From an uncultured Acidobacteriota bacterium (GTDB lineage: Bacteria > Acidobacteriota > Thermoanaerobaculia > Multivoradales > UBA5704), in assembly GCA_963700145.1 (NCBI GenBank), contig OY969474.1, positions 3,040,001 to 3,104,000 of the forward strand: a DNA stretch of 64,000 nt. Reading direction: 5' to 3'. Below, in pieces: positions 19,902 through 30,483 of this stretch (position 1 is the stretch's first letter; each line of letters starts with the position of its first letter). Under the pieces are notes generated by a model. That model did no database searches. It worked only from the letters and a program-made list of their open reading frames with translations, and was not told the origin of the DNA. Position numbers and translations under genes: made by a program.

Positions 19902-21194
19902 ATGCGCGGCACGTTGACTTGGGTGCTCCTGGCCGCGCTGACCCTGCCGGCCCTCGCCGCCGCGCAGGTCCCGGAGCCGCCGCCCCCCGTCGAGGAGGAG
20001 GAAGCCGCCGAGCCCGCCGAAGAGCCGGTGACGGAGCCCGCCGCGGCGCCGGCCCCGGAGACCGCGCCCGCGGACCCCGACCTGCCGTCCGAGCCGCCGC
20101 CACCGCCGCCGCGCGACAACGGCTCGCGCGAGCGCAGCCTCCCCCGCCTCGACGTCTACTTCCCCGAGGGTGACCTCGACTTCCGCCTCTCGCGCCTGGT
20201 CAACAAGGTCTTCTTCGAGGGGCAGGTCAAGTACAACTTCATCGACGGCGACATCTCGGCTTTCCTTCGCTACCGCTACTACGGTCTCGGGCGGACGCTG
20301 CAGTTCGCCGTCTTCGACGCCATCGAGTTCCCCGACATCGAGGACTTCACCGACGACTTCGACCGCGTGCGCGGCGTGCTGCTGCTGACCGAGTGGCCCT
20401 ACGACGCCAACCACCGCACCTTCCTCCTCGGCGAGCTCGACCGGCTGAGCAACAACAAAGAAGGCCTCGAGTCGCAGAACAACCGGACGAACACCTACCT
20501 GCGGCTGGGCTACCAGATCGGCACCCCGGACGACGCCCGCTCCAACGCCATCGTCGGCGAGACGCGGGCGCGCAGCGAGCGGCTGTTCACCGCCTACCGC
20601 GACCTCGGGCCGGGCAACTTCGGCTTGACCGGCGCCCTGACCTACGGCTTCGACTACGGCTGGGGGGACTTCGACTACGCCAAGGCCGAGTTCGAGGCGC
20701 TGAAGCGCTTCGACGTGACGCGGCGGAGCTTCGTCATCGGCCGCCTGCACGGGGGGACGTTCCTGCGCAAGGAGGAACTGGCGCGCGGCGAGGACCTCGG
20801 GGAGTTCGAGCGCTTCAACATCCCGCTCTCCGAGTTCTTCCGCCTCGACGGCCGGGAGTACCTGAAGGGGGTCAAGGACCGGCTGCGCGGGACGGAGCAG
20901 CTCCACACCACCTGGGAGTACTTCTTCCCCTGGTTCCTCAACGCCCACCACGACTTCCTCAAGCTCGACTGGCAGAACTGGTACTGGGTGCTCTACGCCG
21001 GGGCGGGGACCGTGGGGTTCGACCGGGAGGTCTACACCGACGTCTCCGAGTACGTCCCGGACGCGGGGGTGGGGTTCGAGTCCTCGTTCCGGTTCCGGAG
21101 GAAGTACACTTTCTTCCTGTCGGGGATCGTGGCACAGGCTTTGAAGGGAGACGACGGAGTGGAGGCACGCATCTCTGTCAAGTCGTACCGCTAG
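19902..21194 (+). CDS. Putative outer-membrane beta-barrel protein
   Basis: Signal peptide, Pro/Glu-rich linker, alternating aromatic strands; loosely Omp85-like. Confidence 0.65.
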   Translation: MRGTLTWVLLAALTLPALAAAQVPEPPPPVEEEEAAEPAEEPVTEPAAAPAPETAPADPDLPSEPPPPPPRDNGSRERSLPRLDVYFPEGDLDFRLSRLVNKVFFEGQVKYNFIDGDISAFLRYRYYGLGRTLQFAVFDAIEFPDIEDFTDDFDRVRGVLLLTEWPYDANHRTFLLGELDRLSNNKEGLESQNNRTNTYLRLGYQIGTPDDARSNAIVGETRARSERLFTAYRDLGPGNFGLTGALTYGFDYGWGDFDYAKAEFEALKRFDVTRRSFVIGRLHGGTFLRKEELARGEDLGEFERFNIPLSEFFRLDGREYLKGVKDRLRGTEQLHTTWEYFFPWFLNAHHDFLKLDWQNWYWVLYAGAGTVGFDREVYTDVSEYVPDAGVGFESSFRFRRKYTFFLSGIVAQALKGDDGVEARISVKSYR

Positions 21195-21274
21195 GCAGCC
21201 TCCGTTTCTTTCTTAGAATGGGGTTAACCGCTCGCCACACGGTGCGGGCGTAAATCGGGCAGGAGGAGAGACCC

Positions 21275-22585
21275 ATGAAGCGGAGATGCGTGGTGCTGTT
21301 GGTGGCATTTTTGGGCCTGTGCCCGATCGCCGCCTTCGCGGGGGAGGAGGCGAACGCTCCGACCGCGACCGGCGAGACGGGGCTGTTCACGCTGCTCAGC
21401 GGGGAGACGGTCCCCCAGGGCGGCTGGTCCTTCAGCCTCTATTACAACAACTGGGACCGCCTGATCGACGGCGGGGGTGCCCAGGACGTCAGCGTCGACT
21501 GGAACCGGTTGAGCGCGAGCCTGGGCTACGGCATCACCGACCGCTGGGAGTTCAGCGTCATGGTGCCGTACGACGACTTCGAGTTCGACGACGACGACCG
21601 GTTCTTCGACGAAGACATCGACCCGGACGCCAGCGGGCTCGGCAACATCCGGCTCGGGACCAAGTTCCGGCTCGGCGGCGACCCGGCGGCCGACGGCGGG
21701 ACCGCCCTCGGCCTCTTCGTCGAGGCGCCGACCGGCGACGACAAGGTGGCCTCGCAGGACCTGGGCTTCGGCGCCAGCATCAACTGGAGCCGCGCGAACT
21801 GGGTCTTCTCGCTGGGCTACCGCTCCCCGGGCGAGCTCGAGGACGAGGACAACGACCCGGACGACGACATCGTCGGCCTGAACCGCTTCGAGATCCAGGA
21901 CGAGATCAACGCCGGCATCGGCTACGCCACGGCGGTCTCGGAGCGGCTGGACTGGATCACCGAGCTGGCGGGTACGTTTTACACGGGCGCCGACGACGGC
22001 GTCGGCTTCGAGGACGCGTTCGACCTGACCAGCGGCGGCCGCCTCTGGCTCGGGGAGGCGCGCAACTGGGCCTTCAACTTCGCCCTGCGCACCGACCTCG
22101 CCCAGCTCTCCGACATCGACGAGCACTGCCCGATCGGCGGCTTGCTCGGGCTGACGTTCTTCCCGGCGCTGTTCGTGGAGCCGGAGGAGCCGCCTCCGCC
22201 TCCGCCTCCGCCGCCTCCGCCACCGCCGCCTCCGCCGCCCCCACCGCCGCCGCCGCCACCGCCTCCGCCGCCGCCGGCGCCCGAGACGATGGAAGTGGTG
22301 TGCGAGTTCATGACCGGCAGCGCGCGGGTGGACAACATCTGCAAGGCCAAGCTCGACGAGGTGGCGCTGCGGATGAAGCAGGAGCCCGACTCGACCGCCG
22401 AGGTCACCGGCTACGCCGATGGCTCGAGCGGCTCGCAGGCGAGCAACGAGCGGCTGGCGCTGGCGCGCGCCGAGGCCGTGAAGAACTACCTGGTGACGCG
22501 GCACGGGATCGACCCGAGCCGGATCACTACCCAGGGTGAGGTCACCGACCGCGCCGCGGCCGTGACGATCCTCACCATCCCGTAA
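21275..22585 (+). CDS. OmpA-family protein (barrel, poly-Pro linker, peptidoglycan-binding domain)
   Basis: Signal peptide; 29 consecutive Pro (22190-22276); VTGYAD...NERLALARAEAVKNYL. Confidence 0.9.
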   Translation: MKRRCVVLLVAFLGLCPIAAFAGEEANAPTATGETGLFTLLSGETVPQGGWSFSLYYNNWDRLIDGGGAQDVSVDWNRLSASLGYGITDRWEFSVMVPYDDFEFDDDDRFFDEDIDPDASGLGNIRLGTKFRLGGDPAADGGTALGLFVEAPTGDDKVASQDLGFGASINWSRANWVFSLGYRSPGELEDEDNDPDDDIVGLNRFEIQDEINAGIGYATAVSERLDWITELAGTFYTGADDGVGFEDAFDLTSGGRLWLGEARNWAFNFALRTDLAQLSDIDEHCPIGGLLGLTFFPALFVEPEEPPPPPPPPPPPPPPPPPPPPPPPPPPPPPAPETMEVVCEFMTGSARVDNICKAKLDEVALRMKQEPDSTAEVTGYADGSSGSQASNERLALARAEAVKNYLVTRHGIDPSRITTQGEVTDRAAAVTILTIP

Positions 22586-22608
22586 CCGGCGCCCTCAGGC
22601 TGGTTGGG

Positions 22609-22641
22609 GAGGCCCCGCTTCGGCGGGGCCTCTTCTTTTTT
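22609..22641 (+). terminator. Intrinsic terminator
   Basis: GAGGCCCCGC-TTCG-GCGGGGCCTC followed by a T-tract. Confidence 0.9.
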
Positions 22642-22647
22642 GGCCTC

Positions 22648-23555
22648 TTAGCTTTCGCCGCGCAGGGTCTCGCGGCGCAGCGAGGCGACGGCGCCGAGGA
22701 GACCCGCGACCCCGCCGAGGAGGAGGAGCGCCGCCGCCTGGCCGGGGGTGAGGAAGCGCTCGGCCAGGAGGGTGGCGAGGAGCGACCCTCTGGCCTCGAC
22801 CTGCGCCAGCTGCCAGCCGCCGAAGAGGGCGGCGAGGGCGATCACGCCGCCGAGAAGCCCCTGCAGCAGCCCCTCGGCGTAGAACGGGCCGCGGACGAAG
22901 AACTCGGTCGCTCCGACCAACCGCAGGACGGCGATCTCCTCGTGGTGCAGGTAGGCGGTCAGGCGGATGACGCTGCCGATGGTGAAGATCGCCGCCGCCA
23001 GGAGCACCCCGCCGAGCGCCAGCCCCACCCCGCGCAGCACCGCGATCACCCCCTCGAGCTGCGCCAGCCACTCCCGGTCGTCGTCCACCATCTCGACTGC
23101 GGGACGCGCCCGCCAGGCGGTGAGCCAGGCCTCGTACTCCGCCGCCGGCAGCGCCTCCTCGCGCTCGAGCTCGATCTCGAGCGTGGCGGGCAGCGGCTCC
23201 TCCCCCCAGCCCCGCAGCAGGTCGGAGAGCCCCGGGAAACTGGAGCGGAAGCGGGCGCGCGCCGCGGCCGGGGAGACGGCCGTGGCGCCCCGCACCCAGG
23301 CGGGACCGCGCGCCGCCTCGCCGCGCAGCCGCTCGACCGCCGCTGCCGGCGTGCCGGGGCGTAGGTAGACGACGACCCGGGTCTCGGCGCGCCAGCGGGC
23401 GAGGGCGCGGGCCAGGTTGCCGCTGGCGAGGAGGAACACGCCGCCGACGAAGAGGCTGACGGCGATCGTGAAGACGGCGAGGAAGCTCACCTTCCAGCCG
23501 CGCCGCAAGCCTCCCGCCGCCTCGCGGAAGAAGTAGGCCAGGGCCTGGAGGATGC

Positions 23556-23559
<4 letters not shown>
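22648..23559 (-). CDS. ftsX: Cell division permease FtsX
   Basis: [22 protein letters not shown]; coupled to ftsE. Confidence 0.92.
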
Positions 23560-24308
<749 letters not shown>

Positions 24309-24320
24309 GCTGCAGCGGCG

Positions 24321-24472
24321 CCCCCGCCCAGATCCTTGCGGAGCCCGATGATGGGCTCCGCTACCCGTAAGGTAGCCCGCCTGAGCGGGCGTTGATCCGG
24401 GGGCGGGTTCGGTCCGCTCAGGATGACAGGCCCGATTGTCATCCCGAGCGCAGCGAGGGATCTGGGGGCGGG
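24321..24472. repeat. Inverted pair of REP-like elements, the left copy with an internal multi-hairpin insert
   Basis: CCCAGATCCT...CGCTCAGGATGACA and TGTCATCCCGAGCGCAGCGAGGGATCTGGG; same family as 1118-1162. Confidence 0.75.
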
Positions 24473-25917
24473 ACAGGTTCGGCCTCGAGAGCCTGTCTGA
24501 GAAGCTGCTGCACCAGCTTCGGCTCGGCGCGGCCGCCGGAGCGCTTCATCACCTGGCCGACGAGGAAGCCGAGGGTCTGCGTCTTCCCGGCGCGGAACTG
24601 CGCCGCCGGCCCCTCGTGCTCCTCGACGACCTCGTCGATCCAGCGCTCGATCTGCGCCGTGTCGCTGACCTGCCCGAGGCCGAGGCGCTCGGCCGCCGCC
24701 TCGGGGTCCTCGCCGCTGGCGAAGACGGCGGCGAAGACTTCCTTGGCCGCGGTGTTCGACAGGGCCCCGCGGTCCACGAGGCGCACGAGCGCGGCGAGAT
24801 GGGCGGCGGGGAGCGCGGCCTCGACCCCGCCGCGCCGCTCCTTGAGCTCGCGCAGCACCTCGGTCATCACCCAGTTGGCCACCCCCTTGGGATTGGCCGG
24901 ATGGGCGGCGGCCGCCGCTTCGAAGTACTCGGCGAGCTCGCGCGCGGCGGCGAGGACGCCCGCGTCGTAGGGCGAGAGCCCGTACTGCGCCACCAGCCGC
25001 TCCCGCAATGCCCAGGGCAGCTCCGGCAGCTCCGCCCGCAGCGCCGCCTGCCGCGCCGCGTCGACGCCGAGCGGCGGCAGGTCGGGCTCGGGGAAGTAGC
25101 GGTAGTCGTGCGCCTCCTCCTTGCTGCGCAGCAGGCGCGTCGTCCCCGAGCCGGCGTCGTAGCCGCGCGTCTCCTGCACCACCCGGCCGCCGGCCTCGAG
25201 GAGCGCGACCTGGCGCTCGATCTCGTGCTCGATGGCACGCGCGACGTTGCGGAAGGAGTTCAGGTTCTTGACCTCGGTCTTGGTGCCGAGGCGGCTTTCG
25301 CCGGCGGGGCGGACCGAGACGTTGGCGTCGCAGCGCAGGCTCCCCTCCTCCATGTTGCCGTCGCTGGTGCCGGTGTAGAGGAGGAGCTGATGCAGGGTCT
25401 GGAGGTAGTCGGCGGCCTCGGCGGCGGTCCCGAGGTCGGGGCGCGAGACGATCTCGACCAGCGGCACGCCGCAGCGGTTGAAGTCCACCAGGCTCTGGCC
25501 GGGGAGCGGCGCCCCGCCCGGCAGCTCGTGGAGGAGCTTGCCGGCGTCCTCCTCGAGGTGCAGGCGCTCGATCCGCACGCTCTTGTCGTGCGAGGTGAGC
25601 GGCAGCGCGCCGTCCTCGGCCAGCGGCCGGTCGTACTGGCTGATCTGGTAGCCCTTCGGCAGGTCGGGGTAGAAGTAGTTCTTGCGCGCGAAAACCGACT
25701 GCTCGCGGACCGTGCAGCCGAGGGCCAGGGCGAGCTTGGCGGCGAGATCGACGGCGCGCCGGTTGACGACCGGGAGCGTTCCCGGATAGCCGAGGCAGAC
25801 CGGGCAGACGAGGGTGTTGGGCGGCGCCCCGAAGCGGTTGGCGCAGCGGCAGAACATCTTGGTCTCGGTCCGGAGCTGGACATGCACCTCCAGGCCGATG
25901 ACCGCTTCGTACGCCAT
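24439..25917 (-). CDS. gatB: Asp/Glu-tRNA amidotransferase subunit B
   Basis: IGLEVHVQL, RKNYFYPDLPKGYQISQ, LEEDAGK, DYRYFPEPDL. Confidence 0.97.
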   Translation of the reverse strand: MAYEAVIGLEVHVQLRTETKMFCRCANRFGAPPNTLVCPVCLGYPGTLPVVNRRAVDLAAKLALALGCTVREQSVFARKNYFYPDLPKGYQISQYDRPLAEDGALPLTSHDKSVRIERLHLEEDAGKLLHELPGGAPLPGQSLVDFNRCGVPLVEIVSRPDLGTAAEAADYLQTLHQLLLYTGTSDGNMEEGSLRCDANVSVRPAGESRLGTKTEVKNLNSFRNVARAIEHEIERQVALLEAGGRVVQETRGYDAGSGTTRLLRSKEEAHDYRYFPEPDLPPLGVDAARQAALRAELPELPWALRERLVAQYGLSPYDAGVLAAARELAEYFEAAAAAHPANPKGVANWVMTEVLRELKERRGGVEAALPAAHLAALVRLVDRGALSNTAAKEVFAAVFASGEDPEAAAERLGLGQVSDTAQIERWIDEVVEEHEGPAAQFRAGKTQTLGFLVGQVMKRSGGRAEPKLVQQLLRQALEAEPVPPPDPSLRSG

Positions 25918-25929
25918 CCCGGCCGAAGT

Positions 25930-27252
25930 CTACTCGCTCCGGTAGACCTTCCCCCCCTTCATCACGAAGCGCACGCGCTCCATGACGCGGATGTCGGCGA
26001 GCGGATCGCCGGGGACGGCGACGACGTCGGCCTCCTTGCCGGCTTCGAGCGTGCCGACGGTCTTCTCGATCCCGAGCAGCTTCGCGGCGTCGGCGGTGGC
26101 CGAGCGCAGGGCGGCGGCGGGCTTCATGCCGTGCTCGACCAGCAGCGCGAACTCCTCGGCGTTCCTGCCGTGCGGCGAGACCGCCGAGTCGGTGCCGAAG
26201 GCGATCGGCACGCCGAGCGCCAGCGCCTTCTTGAAGGTCACCGAGCGCGCCGCCAGAGCCTGCGCCGCCTTGGCGGCGATCTCCGGCGGGTACTCGCGCT
26301 TGGTGGCGCGGCCGCCGGCGTACTCGCCGGCCAGGAGCGTCGGCACCAGCCAGGTGCCGCGCTGCTTCATCAGGCGCAGCGTCTCGTCGTCGAGGAAGGA
26401 GCCGTGCTCGATCGAATCGGCGCCGGCGCGGATCGCCACCTTCGCGCCTTCGGCGCCGTGGGCGTGGACGGCGACCTTCTTGCGCAGCCGGCGGGCCTCG
26501 CCGACGATCGCCTCCATCTCCTCCTGGGTGAGCTGCGGCGTGTCCACCTCGTCGCCGAGCGACAGCACGCCGCCGGTGGCGCAGACCTTGATCACGTCGG
26601 CGCCGTACTTGACCTGGAAGCGGACGGTGTCGCGGAACTGGTCGGGGCCGCTGGCGATGCCTTCGGCGATGCCGCTCTCCTCGCCGAACGTCTCGTATGG
26701 GAAGCCGGTGGCGTCGCAGTGGCCGCCGCGCGAGCCGAGCGAGTGGACCGCCACCAGCATGCGCGGGCCGACCGCCATGCCGTCGCGGATGGCGTTGCGC
26801 AGCCCGACGTCGACGTACTCGTTGGAGCCGACGTCGCGGACGGTGGTGAAGCCGGCCATGAGGGTCCGCCGGGCGTACTCGGCGGCGCGCACCGCGACCT
26901 CCGGCACGCCGCGCCGCAGCCCCGCGATGGCGTCGCGCGCCCAGTCGTCGCCGGACTGGCCGGAGAGGTGGGTGTGGGCGTCGATGAGGCCGGGCAGGAG
27001 CGTCGCGTCGCCGAGGTCGATCACCGTCGCCCCCGCCGGCACCGCCAGCCGCGACCCCACGGCCTTGATCTTGCCCCCCTCGACGATCACCACGCCGTCG
27101 CGCCACGTGCGATCGCTGCGGCCGTCGAAGAGGCGCGCGGCCTTGAGGACGGTGACGGCGGGCGGCGCCGCGGCGGGCGGCTCCTGGGGAGCGGCCGCGG
27201 CGGCGAGGGGGAGCAGGCAGAGGACGGCCGGCAGGGCGACGCGGATCTTCAT
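25930..27252 (-). CDS. Secreted amidohydrolase (Xaa-Pro dipeptidase-like)
   Basis: PGLIDAHTH, GFTTVRD, VHAHG, IEHG, FGTD; signal peptide. Confidence 0.92.
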   Translation of the reverse strand: MKIRVALPAVLCLLPLAAAAAPQEPPAAAPPAVTVLKAARLFDGRSDRTWRDGVVIVEGGKIKAVGSRLAVPAGATVIDLGDATLLPGLIDAHTHLSGQSGDDWARDAIAGLRRGVPEVAVRAAEYARRTLMAGFTTVRDVGSNEYVDVGLRNAIRDGMAVGPRMLVAVHSLGSRGGHCDATGFPYETFGEESGIAEGIASGPDQFRDTVRFQVKYGADVIKVCATGGVLSLGDEVDTPQLTQEEMEAIVGEARRLRKKVAVHAHGAEGAKVAIRAGADSIEHGSFLDDETLRLMKQRGTWLVPTLLAGEYAGGRATKREYPPEIAAKAAQALAARSVTFKKALALGVPIAFGTDSAVSPHGRNAEEFALLVEHGMKPAAALRSATADAAKLLGIEKTVGTLEAGKEADVVAVPGDPLADIRVMERVRFVMKGGKVYRSE

Positions 27253-29747
27253 CGAGGCACCTCCGAGGGGTCGGCGAATTGGGACACGGCCACCGCCCCT
27301 TCCTGCAGCCAGTGGGCGAGGAGCGTGCGGATGCGGTAGCCGTCGGCCGGCACCGCCTCTTCGCAGGCGGCGGCGGTGCCGCCGTTCTTGAGCCGGCCCC
27401 AGAGGTCGCGCACGAAGGCGCCGTCGCTCTCGCCCGGCGGGGCCGTCGGCCGGACGCCGGTGGGCAGGAGGACCGTCGCGTCGGGCACCAGGGCGCGGGC
27501 GCGCTCGTACTCGTCGTAGCGCCGCATCCCCTCCATGAGGAGGGGCAGGATCTCGCGCGCCGGCGCGGCAGTCGCCGGCGGCGGCGCCGCCGCATCGCGG
27601 CCGGCGAACAGGAACGCCGTCGCCAGCGGCCGCTCGAGGAGCTGGTAGAACGCCGTCTCGCCGGCGAGGCGCGGCGTCGAGCAGGCGGCGAGCGCGCCGC
27701 CGCGGAGCTCGAGCGTCGCGAGCGTCGCCCCGTGCGCGTCCTTGAGCGCCAACGTGCCGCTGAGCGCGCTCTGGGCGAGGCTCTGGAGGAGGTTGGGGAG
27801 ACCGAAGAGCTGCAGGTCCCCTTCCATCCGCCGCGGCGGCGCCGCCGCCGGAACGGCTTCGGCAGGGCGCGCGCCCGGAGCGGCGGCGGCATCGAAGGCG
27901 GAGAGCGCCTTCGACGCCTCCATGCCGAAGGGCTCGCCCGGGAAGCGCCCGGCCAGCTCCTGCAAGCTGCGGCGAACCAGGGGCGCGGGCGTGGCGGACA
28001 GGGCCTGCACGAGCTGCGTGAGGGCCTCGGCGTTGCGCCGCAGCACCATCCCCAGGAGCTTCCGCGGTGCGAGGTCGTGGAGCGCGCGGAGCAGGGCGTC
28101 GACGAGGTCCGGCTCGCCGGACAGATCGACCGTGCGCAGCTCGATCAGACGGTCGCCGTTGCCGTCGCTCCGCAGCCGCGCCAGGGCGCCCTGGACGACC
28201 GCCCGCCGTGCGGCCGGAGAACCGCCGCGCAGCACGCCGGCCGCGATCAGGCTGCGCAGCCGCTCCAGGTCCTCGGGCGGATAGTGCGCCACGACCGCGC
28301 CGGCGAGCTCGGCCTCGACCTCCTGCAGACGGGCCAGCAGGGCCTTCTCCGCCCGTTCGCCGCGGATCTGGGTGAGGCGGACCAGGGCCTCCCCCACCAG
28401 CCGCGGGTGGTGCGTGAGCGTGGAGAAGGCGATCACGTGCTCGAGCTCCCGCTCCTCCAGCGCCGCGGACGGGCACGGGATGCGGTGCAGCAGGTAGACG
28501 AGGTTGCGCTGGAAGAACCAGGCGTCCGGCCGCACGTCGGTGAGCGTGCTCTCGAGGACGTCGAGGATGGCGGGGCGCGCCGTCTCGCCGTGGACCTCGA
28601 GCAGGGTCAGCCGCAGGCGGCGCAGCCCGCGGTCGCGCTCGCCGTCGAGCGCGGCGAGGAGGCCGGCCGGGTGGAGGGCCGGGAAGAACGCCATGACCTG
28701 GCGCAGCAGCGGCTGCTGCTGCGGATCGACCGCGAAGCCGCGCAGCCGCTCGGCGTCCAGCGCCTCGTGGGCGCTGCCGCGCACCAGCTCGGCGTCGCTC
28801 ACCGGCACCTTCCCTTCCGCCAGCAGGCCGGCGGCCACCTGCGCCAACGCCACCGCCCGTGCGAGCGACCCGGCGTTGAACTCCGCGACGACGGAGTGGA
28901 CGAGCTCGCGGAAGCGCTCGATCCGCTGCTGCGGGCCCTCGGCGAGGTCGACGAGCCGGCGCAGCGCCCGCGCGTTGCCTCCCAGCTCCTCCGCCGAGGT
29001 CGCCGCCGCCGGCGCCCAGTTGGGGACGGCACGGCTCAGCGTGCGCACGACCGCCGCCGGGTCGGCGGCGAGGACACCCAGCTCGCGCAAGTGCTGCAGG
29101 TACTGGGTCAGCTCGGAGCCGTCGCGCGCCGTGGTGGCGGCGGCGGCGAGCACGGAAGCGATCAGCGGGTCGCCCGCAGTGCCGGCCGGCGGTCCGGGCG
29201 CGGCGCCCGGGGCGGCCGCAGGCTTCAGGCGCTCGAGGAGGAGCGCGAAGCGCCGCAGCTCCCGGGTCAGCTCGGCGGCGCCGGCGCCCCCGGCGGGCGC
29301 CTCGCCGGCGTCGGGCTGCAACCCGGCCGCGGGCGCCCGGCCGATGCGGAAGGCGCTGCCGGCGATCTCGGCGGGGGCCGAGCGCAGGCGCTCGAGGGCA
29401 GTGCGCACGAGCTCCCGTTCGGCGGGCGGACAGAGCGGGAGGAGGGCCTCGACGAGGACGTCGAGATAGCTCGCCAGCTCGCGCTTCGAGAGCAGGCCGA
29501 GGTCGCCCAGGAGGTGCAGCTTGCTCAGCGCGTGATAGGCGAGGTCGGAGTAGCCGACGGCGCGGCCGCGCGCCCGGTACTGGAACGACAGCCAGCTCTG
29601 GATCTGTGAGGTGATGGCGTCCGGCGCGCCACGGATGAGCGCGCCGACCGCGCCGGCGGCGAGGAGCGGCGGGATGCCGTCCGCGAGGTAGTCGCGGAGC
29701 TCCTCGACGCTCTCCTGGAGGTCCTGTGCCGACGGGCCGTCGCTCAT
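27249..29747 (-). CDS. Large helical protein with C-terminal DUF4388-like domain
   Basis: MEGDLQLFGLPNLLQSL..SALSGTL...LLMEGMRRYDE; WFFQRNLVYLL HEAT-like segment. Confidence 0.75.
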   Translation of the reverse strand: MSDGPSAQDLQESVEELRDYLADGIPPLLAAGAVGALIRGAPDAITSQIQSWLSFQYRARGRAVGYSDLAYHALSKLHLLGDLGLLSKRELASYLDVLVEALLPLCPPAERELVRTALERLRSAPAEIAGSAFRIGRAPAAGLQPDAGEAPAGGAGAAELTRELRRFALLLERLKPAAAPGAAPGPPAGTAGDPLIASVLAAAATTARDGSELTQYLQHLRELGVLAADPAAVVRTLSRAVPNWAPAAATSAEELGGNARALRRLVDLAEGPQQRIERFRELVHSVVAEFNAGSLARAVALAQVAAGLLAEGKVPVSDAELVRGSAHEALDAERLRGFAVDPQQQPLLRQVMAFFPALHPAGLLAALDGERDRGLRRLRLTLLEVHGETARPAILDVLESTLTDVRPDAWFFQRNLVYLLHRIPCPSAALEERELEHVIAFSTLTHHPRLVGEALVRLTQIRGERAEKALLARLQEVEAELAGAVVAHYPPEDLERLRSLIAAGVLRGGSPAARRAVVQGALARLRSDGNGDRLIELRTVDLSGEPDLVDALLRALHDLAPRKLLGMVLRRNAEALTQLVQALSATPAPLVRRSLQELAGRFPGEPFGMEASKALSAFDAAAAPGARPAEAVPAAAPPRRMEGDLQLFGLPNLLQSLAQSALSGTLALKDAHGATLATLELRGGALAACSTPRLAGETAFYQLLERPLATAFLFAGRDAAAPPPATAAPAREILPLLMEGMRRYDEYERARALVPDATVLLPTGVRPTAPPGESDGAFVRDLWGRLKNGGTAAACEEAVPADGYRIRTLLAHWLQEGAVAVSQFADPSEVPR

Positions 29748-29877
29748 GGCGCTTCCCGGCGCGCGAAGACGGCTGGGAGCGGCGCGAACGGGAGGGGATG
29801 CGGGACCATCGGCCGCGGGCGGGAGGGCGCCGACTCTAGCATGCGGGTCGGGGCGCGGCGGCCCATAGAATCCGCCC

Positions 29878-30483
29878 GTGCGCGCCGCCGCCAGCTCCGT
29901 CGTCCCGCTCGCCGTCGTCGCTCTCTTCGCCGCCTGCCGCGACCTGCCGCCGAACCTCGACTCGCGGGGGACGACGATCGTCTGCTTCGGCGACTCGATC
30001 ACCGCCGGGGTGGGCGCCGACGGCGCGCCGACCTACCCCGACCTCCTGGCGCAGCGCCTCGACGCCGACGTGGTCAACGCCGGCTACCCCGGCGCCACCG
30101 CCGCGGACCTCCTGGCGCGGCTCCCCGAGGCGCTGGCGCACGACCCCTGGCTGGTGATCGTCGAGGCGGGGGGCAACGACATGCTGCGGCGGGTGCCGGT
30201 CGCGGAGACGGAGGCGGCGGTGCGCGGGCTCGTGCAGGGCGTGCTGGCGGCGGGCGCGGTGCCGATGCTGGTCGAGATCCGCGCCCCCTTCGGCGGCCTC
30301 GGCGACCTCTTCGTGCGCCTCGGCGACGAGTACGACGTGCCGGTGGTCGAGGACGTGCTGCCCGAGATCCTGCTCGACCGGCGGCTCAAGAGCGACGAGA
30401 TCCATCCCAACGCCGCCGGCTACGAGCGGCTCGCCGCGGCGGTCGCCGACCAGGTGGAGCCGCTGTTGGACGCGCGGCGATGA
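29878..30483 (+). CDS. SGNH/GDSL arylesterase lipoprotein
   Basis: FGDSITAG, GGND, DEIHPN; lipobox FAAC. Confidence 0.92.
   Translation: MRAAASSVVPLAVVALFAACRDLPPNLDSRGTTIVCFGDSITAGVGADGAPTYPDLLAQRLDADVVNAGYPGATAADLLARLPEALAHDPWLVIVEAGGNDMLRRVPVAETEAAVRGLVQGVLAAGAVPMLVEIRAPFGGLGDLFVRLGDEYDVPVVEDVLPEILLDRRLKSDEIHPNAAGYERLAAAVADQVEPLLDARR

Noticed and set aside
21979-22407. Poly-Gly ORF on the minus strand
   Set aside because: Antisense of the OmpA poly-Pro linker
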